From: Candidatus Omnitrophota bacterium
GTDB taxonomy: Bacteria > Omnitrophota > Omnitrophia > Omnitrophales > Aquincolibacteriaceae
Assembly: GCA_043803685.1 (NCBI GenBank)
Contig: JAZDJU010000034.1
Location: forward strand, 1-51,592
Direction: 5' to 3'
DNA: 51,592 nucleotides
Part shown: positions 46,628-51,592 of the stretch, one piece after another
How the letters are laid out: each line of letters starts with the position of its first letter
Position numbering within the stretch: the stretch's first letter is position 1
Made by a program: the position numbers and the translations under genes
Notes under the pieces: generated by a model
The model's input: only the letters and a program-made list of their open reading frames with translations
The model's database searches: none
Told to the model about the DNA's origin: nothing

Positions 46628-47065
46628 ATGCGTTGGCTGCTTCTCGATAAGGTCCATTCGATCCACAAAGGCAAGAAGGCCGTGGCCTTCGCCAAAGTCC
46701 CCAAGGCGCCCTACAGCTCGGAAGTTCTTTTTCTAGAGATGATGGCGCAGACCGGTGGGCTTCTGGTGGGCGCGGAAAGCGACTACGCCAAAGACCTCAT
46801 TTTCGCGAAGATTGAACACGCCACCATTCTCCATGTTCCAGCATCCGGGACATCGCTACAGGTCGAGGCCTGGTCTGAAAGTCTCGGGACGGAGGGGGGC
46901 TGGCTCGAAGCTACGATCAGCTGCGCCGAAGGTCCGGTCGCCCGGGCGAAGTTACTCTTGATGGCCGTGAGTGGTCTTTCCAAAGATCAGACACAGTCCA
47001 TCACCTTCCACAAGGCTTTCATGGACCACTTTAGCGTTCGTGAAAAGGTCGTGCCTCTGACATGA
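46628..47065 (+). CDS. Second FabZ-like hot-dog protein lacking the catalytic His motif
   Basis: MRWLLLDKV...LEMMAQTGGLLVG; no HFP motif. Confidence 0.7.
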   Translation: MRWLLLDKVHSIHKGKKAVAFAKVPKAPYSSEVLFLEMMAQTGGLLVGAESDYAKDLIFAKIEHATILHVPASGTSLQVEAWSESLGTEGGWLEATISCAEGPVARAKLLLMAVSGLSKDQTQSITFHKAFMDHFSVREKVVPLT

Positions 47066-48348
47066 GCGAACGTCGCCGCGTTGTGATCACAGGTTTTGGG
47101 GTCATAACGCCCTGCGGGAACGGTTGGGAATCCTACTGGGATGCCGCGCTCCACGGACGTTCCTCGATCCGGAGCTCTGAACCGCTTAAGCTTCATGGCC
47201 CCTCATTCAAATATGCCGGGATGCTTTCCGGATTCGAGCCCAAGGAATTCATCGAGAACCGGAAATCCATCAAGTTGATGTCCCGTGAGATTCAGATGGC
47301 CGTTGCCGCGAGCCGCCTCGCACTAGGGGACGCCAAACTTTCCCCGGAACATTATGACCCGACGCGCATCGGCGTGACGTTGGGTACTGGCATCATCAAT
47401 AATGATCTCGACGAGATCGGAGTGGGGTTCCGGAACGGCCTGGACGAGAACGGACATTTTTCCATGCCCAAATTCGGGCAGGACGGGATCCGCTCGCTTT
47501 TTCCGCTTTGGTTCCTGAAATATCTTCCGAACATGCCGGCTTGTCACATCTCGGTCGCGCACCACCTCCGCGGGCCGAACAACACTATCACGACGTCTTC
47601 TGCGGCGGCAACTCAGGCGATCGGAGAGGCTTACCGTGTCATCGAACGCGGCGACGCGGACATCATGCTCGCGGGCGGCACCGATTCCAAACTGAACGCG
47701 ATGGGGGTGTCGCGCTTCCAGCTTCTCGAACTTCTTTCGACGCGGGACGCCTCTCCGGAAAAAGTCTATTGTCCTTTTGATAAAAAACACGATGGGATCG
47801 TCCTGGGGGAAGGTTCGGGGATCCTCGTCCTGGAATCGCTCGAGAGCGCTAAAAAACGAGGGGCCGAGGTCTATGCCGAGATCGCGGGGTATGGGTCTTC
47901 TTCGGATTTTAATTACGATCCCCGTGACCCCGATGATTTTACGGGCAAGCGTGTCGCGATCCGCAGGGCTCTTGAAGATGCCGCGCTCGAACCCGCGGAT
48001 GTCGATGTTCTTGTCGCCAACGGGAGTGGGATCCCTCAGGAGGACGTCCAGGAATCGCTCGCGGTCCATTCTTTTTACGCGTCCACTTTCAAGAAGCTTC
48101 ATGTCACGGCCGTGAAACCCGTGACCGGGAACCTGGTCTACGGGACCGGGAGCGTGGAGGCCGTGGTCGCGGCGCTCACCACAAAAAAAGGGCAGGTGCC
48201 GCCGGTGACGAATCTTGAAAGTCCGGATCCTGAATGCGCGTTGCCGTTCGTGAGGGACCGGGCCGTGTCCTGCGAAGTGAACGTGGCCGTCCTCAATACC
48301 TTCGGGTTGGGTGGCCAGAACGCGTCGTTGGTGTTCAAAAAATGGTAA
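47062..48348 (+). CDS. Ketosynthase-like, catalytically inactive (chain-length-factor-like)
   Basis: KS fold (RRVVITG.G, LPNMPA, GEG.G..VLE, NTFGLGGQNA), but Cys->Ser (TTSSAA), HGT->NGS and GH->GN. Confidence 0.85.
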   Translation: MSERRRVVITGFGVITPCGNGWESYWDAALHGRSSIRSSEPLKLHGPSFKYAGMLSGFEPKEFIENRKSIKLMSREIQMAVAASRLALGDAKLSPEHYDPTRIGVTLGTGIINNDLDEIGVGFRNGLDENGHFSMPKFGQDGIRSLFPLWFLKYLPNMPACHISVAHHLRGPNNTITTSSAAATQAIGEAYRVIERGDADIMLAGGTDSKLNAMGVSRFQLLELLSTRDASPEKVYCPFDKKHDGIVLGEGSGILVLESLESAKKRGAEVYAEIAGYGSSSDFNYDPRDPDDFTGKRVAIRRALEDAALEPADVDVLVANGSGIPQEDVQESLAVHSFYASTFKKLHVTAVKPVTGNLVYGTGSVEAVVAALTTKKGQVPPVTNLESPDPECALPFVRDRAVSCEVNVAVLNTFGLGGQNASLVFKKW

Positions 48349-49640
48349 AGCGTCGAGTGGTGGTAACGGGAACGGGCGCTGTGACGCCCCTTGGGAATTC
48401 GGTGCGCGATACCTGGCTTCGCCTGACGCGCGGAAAATCCGGGATCGGTCCCATTACGCTTTTTGACGCGAGCCGTTTTCCGACGCGCATCGCGGCGGAG
48501 GTGAAGGGGTTCTCGTTCGAAAAATGGCTTGAGCGGAATCCTCCACTCGCGTGCGCGGGACGGAGCACTTTTTTCGCGCTCCAGGCCGCGGCCGAAGCTT
48601 ATAAGGACGCGATGCTTGAGCCGCTAGCCGTGAACCCGAATCGTTTTGGCATTTATTTTGGCGCTGGTGATAGCGGAATCGATTTTGCTCCCTTCATCAA
48701 GACCATGGTGGCGTCCTTTACGAAAGATGCCTCGGAGGTTGTGGATAAGGGGAAATACCTTGAGCATGCAAGCAAGAACATGAGCGCTCTTCGGGAGCTT
48801 GAGAATCAGCCGTTCATGACCGTGACGCATCTGACGCGTCTCTTTGATATTCGCGGGCCGGTCTCGAATTGTCTCACGGCGTGCGCGGCATCGTCGCAGG
48901 CGGTGGGCGAGGCCTTTGAATGGATCCGTCGCGGGGACGCCGATGTCATGATGGCCGGCGGCTCTCACTCCATGATCTATCCCATGGGCGTGGCGGGATT
49001 CAGTTTACTCACGGCGCTTTCCACCCGTAACGATGATCCTGAGAAGGCGTCGCGGCCCTTCGACAAAAAGCGGGACGGGTTCGTGATCGGAGAAGGCGCG
49101 GGGGTGCTGATCCTGGAGGAACTGGAGCACGCGCGCAAGCGCAAGGCCCCGATCCACGGAGAGATCGTGGGCTATGGCTCGACGGCAGACGCGTATCGCC
49201 TCACGGATATGGACCCCGAAGGCCGTGGCGCGGCGCGTGCGATGGAGATCGCGATGGAAAAAGCTTGCGTTAAGCCCCAAAATATTGATTATATCAATGC
49301 GCACGGCACTTCCACCGCAGTGAATGACTCGCTGGAAACCCTCGTCATCAAAAAAGTGATGGGCGAGCACGCTCCGAAGATCCCTGTGAGCTCGACGAAA
49401 TCCATGTTGGGACACATGATCGCGGCGGCGGGCGGAGTGGAGGCGATCATTTGTTTGATGGCCATGCGCGATTCCGTGATCCCTCCCACGATCAATTACG
49501 AGGAACCGGACCCTGATTGCGATCTGGATTATGTGCCGAATACGGCACGGCGCTCGGACGTTCATGTGGCGCTTTCCAATTCGTTCGGGTTCGGGGGACA
49601 GAACATTTGTTTGGCTTTAAGGAGATATGATGGCACATGA
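48342..49640 (+). CDS. fabF: Beta-ketoacyl-ACP synthase II (active KS)
   Basis: Cys-His-His triad: TACAAS, NAHGTST, KSMLGHM; also SNSFGFGG. Confidence 0.88.
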   Translation: MVKRRVVVTGTGAVTPLGNSVRDTWLRLTRGKSGIGPITLFDASRFPTRIAAEVKGFSFEKWLERNPPLACAGRSTFFALQAAAEAYKDAMLEPLAVNPNRFGIYFGAGDSGIDFAPFIKTMVASFTKDASEVVDKGKYLEHASKNMSALRELENQPFMTVTHLTRLFDIRGPVSNCLTACAASSQAVGEAFEWIRRGDADVMMAGGSHSMIYPMGVAGFSLLTALSTRNDDPEKASRPFDKKRDGFVIGEGAGVLILEELEHARKRKAPIHGEIVGYGSTADAYRLTDMDPEGRGAARAMEIAMEKACVKPQNIDYINAHGTSTAVNDSLETLVIKKVMGEHAPKIPVSSTKSMLGHMIAAAGGVEAIICLMAMRDSVIPPTINYEEPDPDCDLDYVPNTARRSDVHVALSNSFGFGGQNICLALRRYDGT

Positions 49641-50724
49641 TCTGATCTTTATGACCGGCGCGACAGGCGTGCTTGGGCAGGACCTCGTGAAGGAACTGCT
49701 CCGGACCACGCGCTCCGAGATCGCGCTTCTGGCCCGCGCGAAAAATCGTACTTCTCATGCCGACCGCGTCAAAAAAGTGCTCAAGTCGGTCGGTATCGAT
49801 TCGCATCTGGGTTCTCGCGTGCATGTGATCGAAGGGGATGTGACCCATCACAAATTTGGCATCAAGAAGGCCGACCTCGAATACCTCGAACGCGAATGCA
49901 AAGTGTTCTACCACATCGCGGCGCTTACCGCTCTGAACGGGACCGAAAAGGAATGTCAGCAGATCAATGTCGGCGGCACGGAGCACGCGCTGGAGCTGGC
50001 CTGGGACCGTCGCAAGAAGGGGAAGCTCGAACGGTTCATCTATTTCAGCACGGCTTTTGTGGCCGGGAGCGTGTGGAACCATTGTTCCAAAGAGGATGAA
50101 CTTCCAACCAAGCCTGTCTTCGCCAATTATTATGAGTCGAGCAAATACAAGGCCGAAACCAAGGTGCGCGAAGCGATGGCGAAGGGTCTTCCGGTCACGA
50201 TCATTCGTCCCAGTATTGTCGTGGGACATTCCGAGACCGGCGAGGTTTCGGATTTCAACGTGATCTATCCCTTCATCAAGCTTTTCGCCCACGGGGTGCT
50301 CTCCAAGATCCCCACGCATCGCGAGAATACGTTCAATATCGTGCCCATCGATTTTGTGATCCGCGCCACTTGCGCGATCGTCAAAGACCCGCGCAGTATC
50401 AATAAGGCTTTTCACGTGGTGTCTCCCAAGCCGCCTTCGATCGGCATGCTTTTGCGTGTCGGAGAAGAGGAGTATTCGGCCATTCCTCCGATCGAGGTGA
50501 TCGATCCCAAGCATTTCAAGAAAAGCAAGATGGGAGAGCAGGAGCAGATGGTGTTCGCGATGTTGGAACCGTACCTCGGTTATTTGAACGGGCAGTTGAC
50601 GTTCGATACCACGAATACCCGGGAGATCCTTCGCGGAACGGGGATCCCGATGCCGAAGACCGACCACGCTTTCCTCAAGACCTTGATCCGCTATGCCGTT
50701 AAAGTCGGTTATCTCGCTATTTAA
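49627..50724 (+). CDS. Extended SDR, thioester/fatty acyl reductase-like (NAD_binding_4)
   Basis: TGATGVLG, GDV....G, HIAA, NV.GT, STAFVAG, YESSK, RPSIVVG and NIVPIDFV. Confidence 0.85.
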   Translation: MMAHDLIFMTGATGVLGQDLVKELLRTTRSEIALLARAKNRTSHADRVKKVLKSVGIDSHLGSRVHVIEGDVTHHKFGIKKADLEYLERECKVFYHIAALTALNGTEKECQQINVGGTEHALELAWDRRKKGKLERFIYFSTAFVAGSVWNHCSKEDELPTKPVFANYYESSKYKAETKVREAMAKGLPVTIIRPSIVVGHSETGEVSDFNVIYPFIKLFAHGVLSKIPTHRENTFNIVPIDFVIRATCAIVKDPRSINKAFHVVSPKPPSIGMLLRVGEEEYSAIPPIEVIDPKHFKKSKMGEQEQMVFAMLEPYLGYLNGQLTFDTTNTREILRGTGIPMPKTDHAFLKTLIRYAVKVGYLAI

Positions 50725-50761
50725 AAAGTACTACAGTCATTAACCTTCAAGGAGAATTTTG

Positions 50762-51202
50762 ATGAAAAAAGTATCGATCTCGATCATGATCCTGGCCGCT
50801 TTGACCCTGGGAGCTCCGAACGTACGCGCGGAGATCACCGAAGACCTGGACCCGATGGTTACCCCGGATTCCCAGACGATCATGACCGATGACAGTTTTA
50901 CGAATTACGCGACGGGTAGCGAGACGACCGGGACAGTGCCCGCGACCCCAAGCGCTTCCGTTCCCGTAACGACGACTGAGACGACGGCCGCGGTTCAGGA
51001 AACAAAGAAAACGGAAGAAACGAAGGAAGCGAAAAAAGAATCCAAGAAAAAGAAGTCGAAGAAAAAATCCTCGAAGAATTCCGAGAAGAAATCCTCTTCC
51101 AAGAAGAGCTCGAAATCGACTTCCAAGAAATCCAAGGCCAGCAAGACCGCCAAAGCGAAAGCGGGCAAGGCGGCAAAGACGAGCGCGGATAGTTCTAACT
51201 AA
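50762..51202 (+). CDS. Secreted low-complexity protein (Thr-rich middle, Lys/Ser-rich tail)
   Basis: RBS AAGGAG, signal peptide ending VRA-E, and a KKSKKKSSK-type tail. Confidence 0.7.
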   Translation: MKKVSISIMILAALTLGAPNVRAEITEDLDPMVTPDSQTIMTDDSFTNYATGSETTGTVPATPSASVPVTTTETTAAVQETKKTEETKEAKKESKKKKSKKKSSKNSEKKSSSKKSSKSTSKKSKASKTAKAKAGKAAKTSADSSN

Positions 51203-51308
51203 GAAAATTCGCTTCGCGAAGGCGTTGTTTCTGGCGCAAGCCCGGGACAACGCCTTTTCATTTGATCCCCCTCCACCCAAGGTCTTCCGCTATTTCTGGA
51301 ATCTATTC

Positions 51309-51461
51309 GTCATTGCGGGCGAAGCGCTTGGCTTTCTTAAAATTTATACTGGGAGCCAATGCAGCACTTGTCTCTCATATTTTCAAAAGAGGACAAGTGC
51401 GAAGCAATCTCGTTTCGATAAAGCAAGATTGCCACGGCTCGCTTGCGGCGGCCTCGCAATG
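51309..51461. repeat. REP-like element (GTCATTGCG...GCAATCT / AGATTGC...CGCAATG) with a nested two-hairpin insert
   Basis: GTCATTGCGGGCGAAGC [insert] GAAGCAATCTC...AGATTGCCACGGC...CTCGCAATG. Confidence 0.65.
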
Positions 51462-51592
51462 CGCATAATGGTCAAAAAGTGTTGCTCGCTAATTTCGTAA
51501 CTATCTTATTTCCAGTATGATAGCGCTATTTTGAACTGAGTTTATTGAAACCGTTCAATAAAGGGCCCTTAAGAATGCTCAAAAAAGCACTG

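Noticed and set aside
817..50667. Long minus-strand ORFs (e.g. 817-1782, 26138-27112, 36091-36993, 49492-50667)
   Set aside because: Antisense shadows of well-supported + strand genes in GC-rich DNA, with no motifs of their own.
51225..51500. ORFs at the window end
   Set aside because: They overlap a REP-like palindrome, lack an RBS or motifs, and are likely spurious.

Overview
A bacterial chromosomal window with every credible gene on the + strand. The gene content (PVC-type extended ACP, a large secreted protein with RSE[AV]R motifs, tandem PilB) suggests a PVC-superphylum organism such as Ca. Omnitrophota; this is inference. (1) Bases 1-13255 are the right end of an integrative element. 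It carries a TolC-like/OpgH-like GT2/HlyD/sugar-nucleotidyltransferase/lipoprotein operon, AT-richer defence-like genes (SIR2-like, ~1180-aa membrane KAP NTPase, minimal nucleotidyltransferase), a pRiA4b-ORF3 protein, two small HTH proteins and an intact tyrosine integrase. It ends at a 5'-truncated tRNA-Arg(TCT) remnant (att site). (2) Bases 13.86-19.9 kb encode a ~2010-aa secreted protein cut into modules by four RSE[AV]R motifs. One module looks like a whole captured outer-membrane/secreted protein with its own signal peptide, and the N-terminal domain has TIKI/TraB/ChaN-like motifs. This possible self-processing cargo polyprotein is the best candidate for an undescribed system. (3) Bases 20-51 kb are core genes: rimO, a pgsA-pgpA fusion, cinA, thpR, a type IV pilus locus (stand-alone MshEN, two PilB, PilC, pilin, PilMNOPQ), RNase E/G, rmuC, CCA enzyme, AsmA, ACT, def, and a type II FAS/PKS cluster with a KS/CLF-like pair and terminal reductase. 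Heptamer-periodic hairpins and nested REP-like elements are scattered through the window. All calls come from reading motifs by eye; no database search was run.
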